From Mobula hypostoma (lineage: Eukaryota): a DNA stretch of 64,000 nucleotides. Positions 48,836-61,279 of this stretch are shown here, in pieces. The position numbers and the translations under genes are program-made. The stretch spans positions 18,910,001-18,974,000 of the forward strand of contig NC_086101.1 of assembly GCF_963921235.1 (NCBI RefSeq). Direction: 5' to 3'. The notes below the pieces were generated by a model. That model ran no database searches. It was not told where the DNA came from and saw only the letters and a list, made by a program, of their open reading frames with translations. The number at the start of each line of letters is the position of its first letter. Position 1 is the stretch's first letter.

Positions 48836-51800
48836 GTAAGTCAGCCCCTCATCGCGGGCTCTCGTCAGACAATTCCCCTGCTTGCCGGTTATTCCAACAG
48901 GAAGCTGGTGCTTGGGGGTGGGGAAGGAAGCGACTCTCTAATAGCTTACGGGTTGGAGAATTGGGGCGGGGAGGGACGGCACGTATATGGGGAGGGCTAG
49001 CATGGACTCAGAGGGGCCGAGCGGCCTCCGTTGTGAGCAGCACACCCTCGTCTCAGGGTCCTGCTTGCAGTGAGTGTCCTGGTCCCTGCCTCCCCAGAGA
49101 GTTGACTCCTGCTTCTAGTGAGCAGCCTCCAAGTGTGTACCTACCCCTCACTGGGGTTTCTGACCCAGCCTGGTCTGTCCTGAGCCACCACCCTCTCGGT
49201 GGAGGGGTAAGAAGTAATCAGAATCAGGCTTATTATCATGAAATTTGTTATTTTCTGGCAGCACCACAGTGCAAAACATAAATCAGTTACAATTAAATAT
49301 GAATAAATAACTATTAACACATTACGAGGAAGAGTGAGGTCGTGTTCGTGGACCTCATTGTTCAGAAACCTGATGGCAGAGTCGGAAAAGCTGATTCTGA
49401 ATCGTCAGCTGTGGGTGTTCAGGCTCCCTGATGGTAGTAATGAGAAGAAGGCTTCTCCTTAAGGTGAGGGTCCTGAGTGATGGATGTCCTCGATGGAGGG
49501 GAGGGTTGTGCCTGTGATGGAGCTGGATGAGTTTACAACCCTCGGCAGCCTCTTTCGACCCTCTGTAACCATTCATGGTCTTTCCATGACCAGGACTGGT
49601 CTTGGCTAATTTTTCTGCAGAAGCGGTTTGCCTTTGCCGCCTTCTGGACAGTGTCTTCACAAGAGTGGTGACCCAAGCCAATATCAATGCTCTTCAGAGA
49701 TTGTCTGCCTGGCGTCAGTGGTCGCATAACCAGGACTTGTGATCTGCACCAGTTGCTCACATGACCATCCACCACCGGCTGCCGTGGCTTCACGTGACCC
49801 TGATCAGGGGCTAGGCAGGGCCTACTCCTTTCCCAAAGACCTGCAGGCTAGCGGAGGGAAGGAACACCTTACATTTTCTTTGGTAGACATATCTCCACCC
49901 CACCACCATACCAGGCAGTGGTGCAACCACTCAGAATGCTCTCCACCGTTCATCTGTCGACGCAAAGAAACAAACCCTTTCATGCTGACTGAGATCCCGA
50001 GGAAGCAGGTCCTATCTGGCCCATATCCCGCTACCCTTCCTGTCCGAGTGCCCTGTTAGTGATGGGAATGTATCTGCCTTCTGGCAGCTCGTTCCATATT
50101 AGAAACTGTATGGCCCACGGTGGTGGGCTGACTTTTTAACGTACTCTGACATCAGTCCAATGCTTTCCTCCCACACCACCCTCCATTTTTCTTCCATCCA
50201 CGTGCTCATTTTAGATTCCCTGATGTATCCGCCTCTACCACCTCCACTTTCTGTGTGTTCTTAAAAAAAACCTTTCACATTCCCCAGTATGCTCCTTGAC
50301 GCACCTTAAAAGGATGTCCTCTGATAGAAGTCCTTTCCACCCTGGGAGAAGACACTGGTTGTCCACGCCCTGTAGATACACCTCTACCTCTCATCCTCCG
50401 CTCCAGAGAGAAAATCCCGAGTACACTCCTCATTCCTCTGCGCCTCAGTCTTGGGGCCCCGCTTACAGTGGTGAGTCTTCCCCGACCCCTGCTTCCACGC
50501 AGATTTGACTCCCACTGTGGCGAGCTCCCTCGGAGGCTTCTCCAGGCAGGGGGATTTCTCCTTGCCGGTCGGCCACCTGCCCGGTCACAAACGATGGAAC
50601 ATATCATCCCAGACCATGCTGTAAAATGTCTGTAAGACAGAATTAGGCCATTTGGTCCATCAAAAATGCTCCACCATTTCATTGTGGCTGATCCAATCTC
50701 AACCCCAGTCTCCTGCCTTCTCCCTGTACCTCTTCCTGCCCTGACCAATCAAGAATCTGCCTTAAATATACATAAAGACTTGGCCTGCACAGCTGCCTGT
50801 GGCAATGAATTCCACAGATTCACCACTCTCTGGCTAAAGAAATTCCTTCTCATCTCTGTTCCAAAAGGACACCCTTCTATTCTGAGGCCGTATCCTCTGG
50901 TCTTGGACTCTCCCACCACAGGAAACATCCTCTCCACGACCACTCTATCAAGGCCTTTCACCATTCGATAAGTTTCACTGATCCCTTCTGAATTCCAGTG
51001 AATACAGGCTCGGAGCCATCAAACACTCTTCACGTGACAAGCTGGTCAAACCTGGAATAATTTTGGCGGAATTTTTCATGTGAATAATTTTCATGAAAAC
51101 GTCATCCTGCTCCTCTGATCCCAGAGTGTTGTTGGTCAGGGAAATGGCACCCCGCCCCACTCAGAACTTCTTCCCGTACCACTTGCACTTCCCACTACCC
51201 CTTGACTTCCCTCCCCACCCCCTCCTTTCAACCTCCCGCACGTCCTCCAGTCTTTGGCAGATTTTCATTGATGACTCTGGCTGGACGGAGAGTGGGAGTT
51301 CCCTCAGGACCAGTCCTACTGATGCCTTGGGCTGGGCAGGGAGTCCTCCCCATGGGCACCCTGTCATTGTCCGAAACTCAAGGAGCATAAATGCAGGCCA
51401 TTCAGCCCTCCCACATCTGTGCTGACCAGTCGGCACCCATTTTATTCCAGAATTTGCCCTGTGTCCTTTGGTCCAGAAGAACTCTTCACTGCTGCCAGTG
51501 ACTCTGCTTTCATTCTCAGGATCCTTCTAATGCCCTCCCATTCCCAGCTGGGCCACATCCTGGGGAATGTCCTCTGCGCCCGCTCCAGCACCATCACAGC
51601 CTTCCTATAAAAGCAAAGATGTAATGCCGAGTCTTTATAAGGCATTGGGCAGACTGCACTTGGTGTTTTGTCAGTAATTTTGTCTCCCTGTCTAAGAGAG
51701 GATGTGCTGGCATTGGAAATAGTCCAGAGGAGGTTCCCAATAACGATCTCAGGAATGAAAGGGTTTAAGTATGAGGAGTGTTTGATGGCTCAGGGCCTGT

Positions 51801-52784
51801 ACTCGCTGGAGTTGAAGCATGAGAGGAGATCTCATTGAAACCCATCGAATATTGAAAGGCAGAGACAGAGTGGACAGGCCGAGGATGTTTCCTATAGTGG
51901 GGAAGGCCAGCACCAGAGGGCACAGCCTCAGAATAGAAGGACATCCCTTTAGGGCAGAGATGAGGGGGAATTTCCTTAGCCAGATAGCAGTGGATCTACT
52001 GGCTGTCGAAGCCAGGTCATTAAGTATATTTAAAGCAGAGATTGATAAGTTCTTGATTAGTTAGAGCATTGACGGTTATGAGGAGAAGGTAGGAGATGGG
52101 TTGAGAGGGATAATAAATTAGCCGTGATGAAAAGGCCCAGTGGCCTAATTTGTTCCTACAGTGTGTCGTGCATTCTACAGTGTGGTGACCAGAATGGCAC
52201 CTGCAGTTGTCTCATTGGGATAGAGCAAAAAGCTTTTGTGCGCTGTCCAGACAGATCAGGCCCATATGTAGAACAGTACAGGCCCTTCAGCCCACAATGA
52301 TGTGCTGACCCATTAACCTACTCCAAGACCAATCTAATGCTCCCCCTACCCCGCACAAACCTCCATTTTACTTCCCTCCATGTGCCTATCCAAGAGTGTC
52401 TTAAATGTCCCTAATATATCTGCCTCTCCCACACACCTATTGTAAAAAACCTCCCCATACTTCCCAACAATCACCCTCTCGTAATTATGCCATAATTCCC
52501 CGAGATCGGAGACGGCAGTGCAGGTAGACGGTGCAAGGGCCACGACAAGCTAGGGGTGGTTGGTACAACGGTGGGACGGGAGCTGTCCCTGGCCCTGGTG
52601 AAGGTGACCTTTGTATTTCGATGGTGGGGGGCAGAGAAGAGAGTGTGGGTGGGTGGGGGCCCTGATGGTGTTGGCTGCTTTCCTGAGGCAGCAATGGACC
52701 TTTGCCGGGCGGACTGGGTCGAGCTGGCAGGCCCCTTGCCGTTCTGATCTTGTGTCTCTTTCTCTCCCCCCCTGCTGTCGCCAG

Positions 52785-52957
52785 GCTGCTGCATCTACGA
52801 GAAGCCACGGGCCTTCGGGGAGAGCTCCTCAGAGAGCGAGGACGAGGATGGCGGCTGCGGGAATGCGCACTGCATCAGGGGCCACAAGAAGGCCGTCCAC
52901 CCCAGCCACAGCTCCGAGCACTCGAATCAGGAACACATTGGCCCTCCGGAGAACTGA
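52785..52957 (+). CDS. PPP1R11: PPP1R11 coding exon 3
   Basis: [36 protein letters not shown]...PPEN-TGA; frame consistent with exon 2; total 116 aa. Confidence 0.96.
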
Positions 52958-53925
52958 ATGGGGGTGGGGGGGGAGACGCAGGGCTGGAGGGAGCAGATCA
53001 AACTGCAGGAGCGTTGTCACCCCCACCTACCACTCAGCCAACCCCGCTCTCACTGACCCAACGCCAACAACCCAGGGGCCGCCACACGGTGGCGACCTTT
53101 GCTTATCTTTAGGGAAGAGGGTTTTTTTTAAAAAAGAACTAGACCTGTAAATTTGTATTGCATTTGTAATTTATTTAATAGAACCTTTTTTTGGTTTTGC
53201 CTTTCAGCAGATCCTCGGGGGGAGGGTGCATGCAGAGCACGGACTTTTCGTCCAGCCAGTAGGGTGTTTGCACGAAGCCGAAAATCCTAGAGCTGATTGC
53301 CGATTGGGAGGGAAGGGCGTAGCACAGAGGTCGGGGTCGGTAGGGAATCTAATCACTCGAGCACAAGTACTTGAAGTCAGCACACCGTCAATCATGGTAC
53401 AGAGGACACATATTGGTAACTACAGGAGGCAAGTTGTTCAAAGTTGGGGTGTGTGGGGGGGCTACACACAGCTACTGGAGAGAGACAACAGGTCGAACTG
53501 CAAATGGGGGTGGGGGGGGGGAAGAAGATGGAACTGTCCAGATCGACCATTAACACCGATGATTCCTGTGCATGTCCATCTCCATCCCCACAGGCGCTGC
53601 TCGACTGGCTCTTCTCTCCTCCCACCCACCAGGTTGCAGGTTACACCATTTTCCCACGTCTCCTGTGCTCTTTCCCCCCACCCCTGGGTGGGGCTGTCAC
53701 TGATGGTCCCCAGTGAGTCGCCGCCAGGTTTGACCGGCTGGTCTGCGTTTCGTGGGTGTGTGTGGGTCTGTCTGGGCCGTCTGCCCCGACATCAGCGGGG
53801 CACCGGGCCGCTTCCGCTCCTGGCCGGAGCGCCTCTTCCGTCCAGCCGGGCGCCGGGCTGCCGCTGAGCTACAGATTGAAGTGTCACGCTGAAGGCTCCC
53901 ATCCTTCACCGATCAGATGATCTGA

Positions 53926-53931
53926 AATAAA
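53926..53931 (+). terminator. Probable polyadenylation signal of PPP1R11
   Basis: AATAAA about 970 nt after the stop, at the end of unique sequence before repeats resume. Confidence 0.55.
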
Positions 53932-54880
53932 TGGTCTTGCTGAACACAAGCAGAATTGTTTCGCATTCAGATTCATTTATCACTCGTGCACGGAAACATC
54001 CAGTGAGACGCGTCATTTGCGTTACCAGCCCAGACAATCTGTGGCTGTGCTGGGGGCTGCCCACAAGTGTGACCACACATTCCGGCGCCCACACAGAATG
54101 CCCACGATGTCTCTGCAAGCCCCTCTCCTCCGTCTCACTCAATAGCTGGGGATAGAACATGGGACGCAGGCGGGTCTGGTGCGTGGACAGAGGCTCAGTG
54201 GGCCATCGGGCCTGGTCATAGAGGCTCCAAGGCCCATGCCTTGCTGCTAGACCCACACAGCACAAAACCAGGCCCTTTGGCCCACATGCTGACCGGAAAA
54301 AGTACCCATTTGTGCAGTGTGCTCAGAAACGATGGCCTCACTTCATCATCTGGAGTTCCACTCATCACAAACCAAACATGGCCTCCTCCAGTGCAGCCTC
54401 GGTTCCTCTTCTGCCAACCCTGAAACCACCCGCAACCACAAATTGCAAGGAAGTGGAAGCTGCAGTGAGCCTTGCCAGGGTGCACAGGAGCAGAATCCGG
54501 CTGTTCGGCCCATCAAGTCTGCTCTGCCTTTCCACTGGTCACTTGAGATGCAAAGGAAATCATCAGGAAGTGAAACTTCAAATGGTGTTCAAGACGTTTG
54601 ATAGATCTGGGACTGCATTCACTGGCCTTTAGAAGAATGCGGGGGGGGGGACGGGGGAAGAGACCTGAGACCTACTGAGCCTATACTGAGTGCAGGTGGA
54701 GAGGATGTTTCCTGTACTGGGGGAGCCTAGGACCAGACTAGAAGGACGTCCCTCCAGAATGGAGGTAGTGAGGGATTTTTTTTTTTAGCCTGAGTGAGGG
54801 GACTCTTTGGAATTTATCCCACAGATGGCTATGGGGGCTAAGTCATCAAGTATATTTAAAGCAGAGGTCGGTAGGTTCTT

Positions 54881-55569
54881 CATAGTCATACTTTATTGAT
54901 CCTGGGGGAAATTGGTTTTCATTACAGTTGCACAATAAATAATTAAATAGTAATATGTAAATTATGCCAGGAAATAAGTCTAGGACCAGCCTACTGGCTC
55001 AGGGTGTCTGACCCTCCAAGGGAGGAGCTGTAAAGTTTGATGGCCACAGGCAGGAATGACTTCCTATGACGCTCTGTGCTGCATCTTGGAGGAATGAGTC
55101 TCTGGCTGAATGTACTCCTGTGCCCGCCCAGTACATTATGTAGTGGATGGGAGACATTGTCCAAGATGGCATGCAACTTAGACAGCATCCTCTTTTCAGA
55201 CACCACCGTGAGAGAGTCCAGTTCCATCCCCACAACATCACTGGCCTTACGAATGAGTTTGTTGATTCTGTTGGTGTCTGCTACCCTCAGCCTGCTGCCC
55301 CAGCACACAACAGCAAACATGATAGCACTGGCCACCACAGACTCGTAAAACATCCTCAGCATCGTCCAGCAGATGTTAAAGGACCTCAGTCTCCTCAGGA
55401 AATAGAGACGGCTCTGACCCTTCTTGTAGACAGCCTCAGTGTTCTTTGACCAGTCCAGTTTATTGTCAATACGTATCCCCAGGTATTTGTAATCCTCCAC
55501 CATGTCCACACTGACCCCCTGGATGGAAACAGGGGTCACCAGTACCCTAGCCCTGCTCAGGTCCACCAT
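54881..55569 (-). mobile_element. Young Rex1/Babar-type LINE 3' fragment inserted in a CR1 remnant
   Basis: Open 192-aa ORF (YKYLGIRIDNKLDW...KGQSRLYFLRRLRSF) and TATGACTATG tail. Confidence 0.88.
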
Positions 55570-55984
55570 CTCCTTGATTAGTCAGGGTGTTAAAGGTTAC
55601 CGGGTAAGAGGTTGAGAGGGAAAATAAACCAGCCATGACTGAATGGGCCGAATAGCCTAATTCTGTTCCTGTGTCTTATGGTCTTGTACTGATTGAGGTT
55701 GTACCGATTGATTTAATGGAAGAAGCTGTTCTCGAACCTGGTGGTGTGGGGCTTTAGGCTCCCGCCCAATCGTAGCTGCAAGAAGATGGCATGGCCTACC
55801 CGGACGGTGGGAGTAATATGCAGATACCACCGGTGGATGAGGGGGGAACATATGCCCCTGCTGACACAGCATTCACGGGAGAAAAAGCAGGTGTTTCTGG
55901 AGGGCAGGGGTGTCGAGCTGGGTTGGTCTGGAGGGGACCCGACCGGCGACTCGAACACATCCATACCGCTGCCCGACTCGCTGA

Positions 55985-56080
55985 GTTCCGGCAGCGTTTT
56001 GTGTTCCCGACTGTGATTGACAGCCGGGCCCGGGCCCCGCCCCCGCCCTGACCCCGCCCCTTCCGGTGACCGTCAGGGAC
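55985..56080 (+). promoter_or_regulatory. CpG-island promoter of VARS2
   Basis: TGATTGACAG at 56014-56023, three CCCCGCCC GC boxes and CTTCCGG just upstream of the ATG. Confidence 0.7.
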
Positions 56081-56281
56081 ATGATGGCGGCGCCCGTGAG
56101 ACGGTGCTGCGGTCGCACCTTCCTGTCGCGGGTTCAGCTCCCACTCCGGAGCATCGCCTGGAGCGACAGCAGCAGCCCGCCCGGGCCCGCCCCCCGCAAC
56201 CGCGTCCGGCAGCGGGAGGAGAAGGAGCGGCGGCTGCGGCGACGGGAGGCGGTGATAGAGGCCCGGGGGGGCGCCGGAGGG
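56081..56281 (+). CDS. VARS2: Mitochondrial valyl-tRNA synthetase, coding exon 1 (Arg-rich presequence)
   Basis: MMAAPVRRCCGRTFLSRVQLPLRS...REEKERRLRRREAVIEA; phase-0 donor GGG|GTGAGT at 56282. Confidence 0.85.
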
Positions 56282-57026
56282 GTGAGTCGGGGGAAGGGGG
56301 TGGTGGGAGCGGCTGCCGACGCCCCGTCTCCTGCCAGTGGCCTTTCCCGCCCACCACAATTGACCCTGACCTTTCCCCATGGTGACCCCTGACCTTCCCT
56401 GTTGATGACCCCTGACCCCGCTCTTACTGCTAGACGTGCATTGCATTCCCCTAATTGCTGAAAACGGCACAGTTTATTGTATCATTAATCTTGTTTTGTT
56501 CTGTGTATTACGCACCTCATGCAATGTGGCCGTGATGCTTTTGCAATTTTTAAGTTTTTCATTATACCTGTTCGTACATATACTTTACATTCTTAACTTT
56601 GAACTTTGACCTTGGACAGACTTGTCCTCCCTCAGCCATCTCCCCCACCCGCCATCCTTCCCCAACGCTGGAAGCTCTGGTCTGGTGGGTCCAGAGTTGG
56701 GGAAGGTGGAGGTTCGTGTAGGCTGTGCGAGGTGTGCACCACATTCCCCTCAAAACACCGTTTCCGGGTTATGACAGTGTTCTGTCCCTGAGAACTGTTT
56801 GCAACCTGAGCCGTTCAGTTGGAAGTGAACAGAGGGTGGTGTGTGGCAGAGGATCATAATGGCATCGGGGGTGGGAGAGTGATCGGGTGCAGAAAGAATG
56901 GCTGCCGCAGGGTCTCCCTGGCTTAGCAAACGAGTGAGTCTGATCGGCTCGGCTCCACCCAGCCCGATTGCTGCGGCTCGGGGTGGGCTTGGTAGGGAGT
57001 GGAGGAATGCAGAAATGGCCCACTCC

Positions 57027-58053
57027 CAGACATCCCACCCTGCAAAAACTCATTTCAGGGAGGTAGCACCAACACCCCTGCCCCCCGCAACCCCATATTC
57101 TCCACCCCACCCCCGTCGGCCTCCAAGGGTGTATGTATACAGGACATTTGATTATGAAAGAACACAACAATTTATTTGATCACATATTGAAACTATTTAC
57201 ACACACACACACACACACACATTCCTTGTTGAGTATTTTGTCGGCAGTCTCAATGCTAATAGCTAAATTCTAATGCAAGTAGCTTTTTTATTTCTTTTGC
57301 AAACTTTCCTTGTACTGTGATTTTGCTTTGCTTGGCAGATTTGAGCATTTTGCCAGAAGTCTCAATCTCATAGCAGTCTGTGTCAATGAATTTGTTAATT
57401 TTGCAAGACATCAGATTCACAATTATATTATATTATCATGGAGTTATTTTTTTTTATTCTATTGCAACTTTAAGCAAGTCTTTGGGAGTTTGGCCTCATC
57501 ACGTAGGACATCAATAGAGTAGCTCCTTAGCAGCCAGCCAGCTAGTTTAAATAACGTTAGCTATGCTAATGAACGAATGACACCTGTTAAACTCACCTCA
57601 ACATGTCTTTTACAGTCTTAACCCACCATGGGCAATAGAAAAGTCACTGTTGCAAACAGTGCAGCGAGCAACACTGTCATTATTTTTGACCCCTATTAGG
57701 CCGGGGTACACTTTAGTGTAGTCTGGGGTGAAGTGTGTTTTATATTTTCTTTTTTTGGAACACACTGCCATGGCGCTGCAGGACACTAAACTGAACTGAT
57801 GACAATGAAAGAGAGAGAGGTCGACTGTAAAGCCCGCCCACAGAGAAAACCGATAGGTCTACTTAGCACAAAGAGACACCAATCAGGATGTTCTCTCTAT
57901 CACTCTCTCGCTCTGTCCGTCACTCGCTCTCTCCGTCTTGCTCGCTGTCAAAAAAATCAATTTCCGTGATATGGTATATAATTTGCGGGCATCAGGGAGC
58001 CGCTATCAATATGCGGGAGACTCCCGGAACTTCTGGGAGAGGTGGGATGTCTG
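57027..58053. mobile_element. Non-autonomous TIR DNA transposon with 6-bp TSD
   Basis: Perfect 13-bp TIRs CAGACATCCCACC / GGTGGGATGTCTG; CACTCC at 57021-57026 and 58054-58059. Confidence 0.82.
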
Positions 58054-58132
58054 CACTCCCTGCTAAAGCTGCCTTCCACTCTGCAGAAATGGCCCACTCC
58101 TTGCTGAAGATGCCTGCCACCCTCAGAAATGC

Positions 58133-58398
58133 TTAATTAATTAAAGTATGTCACATCTGGAATTTTCCAGTTAGCAGGCGATTTCCTTCCACGCTGCTTT
58201 GACGTAGTGGGAAATCGTGTACGAGGCAAGTTACAGCAGTGGTTTGCCACTGCCTTCTGCTGGGTGAGTGTTTTTTTTAAGAGATCACCAACTCTTAACC
58301 CAGCACGGATGGGGAGCGTGCAAGGGTGCCGGCTGGAATCGAACTCGGGACCTCTCGCCCCGAAGTCCAGCGCTGATGCCACTGCACCACCAGCCGGC
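58133..58398 (-). mobile_element. tRNA-derived SINE
   Basis: Minus strand GCCGGCTGGTGGTGCAGTGG (A box)...GTTCGATTCC (B box), body with GAAGGCAGTGGCAAACCACT, (TTAA)n tail. Confidence 0.8.
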
Positions 58399-59179
58399 TA
58401 AGATGCCTGCCACCCTGCAGAAGCTGGGCAAATCCAACCTCATCAGTTCCCTAGATGCTCAATTGTATATAGAAGGTTTGTAACGAAGGGAGGAACTATA
58501 TCTGCTGTGTAACAGTGTCGCCCTCCCTGCACTACACCACTGTTTATGGCATTGATAGTAACGAGCTGGGACTGTGACGGACCAACAGGAGCTCAGTAAC
58601 AGATGCTGCGCCCCTGTCAGTTGGGGGGGGGGGGGTGAAAGGTAACGTCCGGCTCCAACCAAACACTGCCAAAGAAATTTGGCATGACCGCGTCAGCCCG
58701 TACCAATTTTTATCAAAAGCATCCCATCTGGATGCACTGCGGCTTGGCACGGGAACCGCTCTACACGTGACCATAACAAACCACAGAGTCATGGACACAG
58801 CACAGCACGTCACAGGAACCAGCCTCCCCTCCACGGACTCTCTCTGCAATTCTCGCTGCCTCTGTAAGGCAGCCAACATAGTCAAACACCCTAGCCCGTT
58901 GGGAGAGAGAAGTGAGAATGTAGGGGGTGGGTAGGGTTGCTCCACCCCCTACCCTCTCTCTTCTCGTCCCTCCCATCGGGAGGAAGTTTTAAAGCACGGC
59001 TAACAGGCTTAGGGACAGCTTCTACCCCGCTGATAGAGGTCTAACTGAGTGGTTCTCTGATATGACAACATGGACTGTTGGCCAGACAGTCCTCCTCGTT
59101 ATGATCTTGCACCTTAATGTCTGTCTGCACTTTCTCTGTGGCTGTAACACTTTTACTCTGCATTCTAATATATGAAGCT

Positions 59180-59585
59180 AAGAAACAGGAGCAGGAGTCG
59201 GCCATCTGGCCCGTCGAGCCTGCTCCACCATTCAATAAGATCATGGCTGATCTGACCATGGACTCATCTCCACATACCTGCCTTTTCCCCACAACCCTTA
59301 ATTCCCCTACTATGCTAAAATCTATCCAACCTTGTATTAAATTTACTTTATTTACTGAGGTAGCCTCCACTGCTTCATTGGGCAGAGAATTCCACAGGTT
59401 CACCACTCTCTGGGAAAAGCAGTTCCTCCTCATCTCCATCCTAAACCTACTCCCCTGAATATTGAGGCTATGTCCCCTAGTTCTAGTTTCAGCTATCAGT
59501 GGAAATAACTTCCCTGTCTCTATCTTACCTATCCCTTTCATAATTTTATATGTTTCTACAAGATCTCCTCTCATTCTCCTGAATT
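59180..59585 (-). mobile_element. CR1 LINE 3' fragment
   Basis: MRGDLVETYKIMKG...TRTRGHSL...QRVVNLWNSLP. Similar fragments lie at about 35380-35985, 39610-39890, 50630-51060, 51610-52150 and 62095-62335. Confidence 0.85.
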
Positions 59586-59739
59586 CTGTTATTGTTCTAC
59601 CTCAGTGCTCTGGGTGACAATCTGATCTACATGTACAGTTTACAAGACAAGTTTTTCACTGTACTTCAGTGTATGTGACAATAATGAGCCAATTCCAATT
59701 CCAACCTTGCACGGGATAACCAAGGCTCTTTTGCCACAG

Positions 59740-59815
59740 GAACACGGTGAGCGGAAGTGGCCGGAGCTGCCGGTGATTACATATGACGTTCCAACGCATC
59801 CCGGAGAGAAGAAAG
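59740..59815 (+). CDS. VARS2: VARS2 coding exon 2
   Basis: EHGERKWPELPVITYDVPTHPGEKK; CAG acceptor, phase-1 donor GTAGGG. Confidence 0.9.
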
Positions 59816-59840
59816 GTAGGGTGGGATGAGGCAGGGGAAA

Positions 59841-61279
59841 GGGTGGGACGAGTCTGCTGGGGCCGACTGTGGTCTTTGCTACACAGGGTCCTGAAGGGTG
59901 GGACGAGTCTGCTGGGGCCGACTGTGGTCTTTGCTACACAGGGTCCCCAAAAGGTGGGACGAGTCTGCTGGGGCCGACTGTGGTCTTTGCTACACAGGGT
60001 CCCGAAGGGTGGGACGAGTCTGCTGGGGCCGACTGTGGTCTTTGCTACACAGGGTCCTGAAGGGTGGGACGAGTCTGCTGGGGCCGACTGTGGTCTTTGC
60101 TACACAGGGTCCTGAAGGGTGGGACGAGTCTGCTGGGGCCGACTGTGGTCTTTGCTACGCGGGGTCCCCAAAAGGTGGGACGAGTCTGCTGGGGCCGACT
60201 GTGGTCTTTGCTACACAGGGTCCCGAAGGGTGGGACGAGTCTGCTGGGGCCGACTGTGGTCTTTGCTACACTGGGTCCCCAAAAGGTGGGACGAGTCTGC
60301 TGGGGCCGACTGTGGTCTTTGCTACACAGGGTCCCGAAGGGTGGGACGAGTCTGCTGGGGCCGACTGTGGTCTTTGCTACACAGGGTCCCGAAGGGTGGG
60401 ACGAGTCTGCTGGGGCCGACTGTGGTCTTTGCTACACTGGGTCCCCAAAAGGTGGGACGAGTCTGCTGGGGCCGACTGTGGTCTTTGCTACACAGGGTCC
60501 CGAAGGGTGGGACGAGTCTGCTGGGGCCGACTGTGGTCTTTGCTACACAGGGTCCCCAAAAGGTGGGACGAGTCTGCTGGGGCCGACTGTGGTCTTTGCT
60601 ACACAGGGTCCCGAAGGGTGGGACGAGTCTGCTGGGGCCGACTGTGGTCTTTGCTACACTGGGTCCCCAAAAGGTGGGACGAGTCTGCTGGGGCCGACTG
60701 TGGTCTTTGCTACACAGGGTCCCGAAGGGTGGGACGAGTCTGCTGGGGCCGACTGTGGTCTTTGCTACACAGGGTCCTGAAGGGTGGGACGAGTCTGCTG
60801 GGGCCGACTGTGGTCTTTGCTACACTGGGTCCCGAAGGGTGGGACGAGTCTGCTGGGGCCGACTGTGGTCTTTGCTACACAGGGTCCCGAAGGGTGGGAC
60901 GAGTCTGCTGGGGCCGACTGTGGTCTTTGCTACACAGGGTCCTGAAGGGTGGGACGAGTCTGCTGGGGCCGACTGTGGTCTTTGCTACACTGGGTCCCCA
61001 AAAGGTGGGACGAGTCTGCTGGGGCCGACTGTGGTCTTTGCTACACAGGGTCCCGAAGGGTGGGACGAGTCTGCTGGGGCCGACTGTGGTCTTTGCTACA
61101 CAGGGTCCTGAAGGGTGGGACGAGTCTGCTGGGGCCGACTGTGGTCTTTGCTACACAGGGTCCCGAAGGGTGGGACGAGTCTGCTGGGGCCGACTGTGGT
61201 CTTTGCTACGCGGGGTCCCCAAAAGGTGGGACGAGTCTGCTGGGGCCGACTGTGGTCTTTGCTACGCGGGGTCCCCAAA
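59841..61279. repeat. 55/56-bp G-rich minisatellite, 26 copies, in a VARS2 intron
   Basis: Unit GGGTGGGACGAGTCTGCTGGGGCCGACTGTGGTCTTTGCTACACAGGGTCC(C/T)GAA with a CCCCAAAA variant. Confidence 0.97.

Noticed and set aside
58325-58398. Possible tRNA genes (also near 20360-20415, 48420-48480 and 62710-62780)
   Set aside because: A/B boxes are present but each continues into a SINE body and I cannot build a full cloverleaf; treated as SINE heads.
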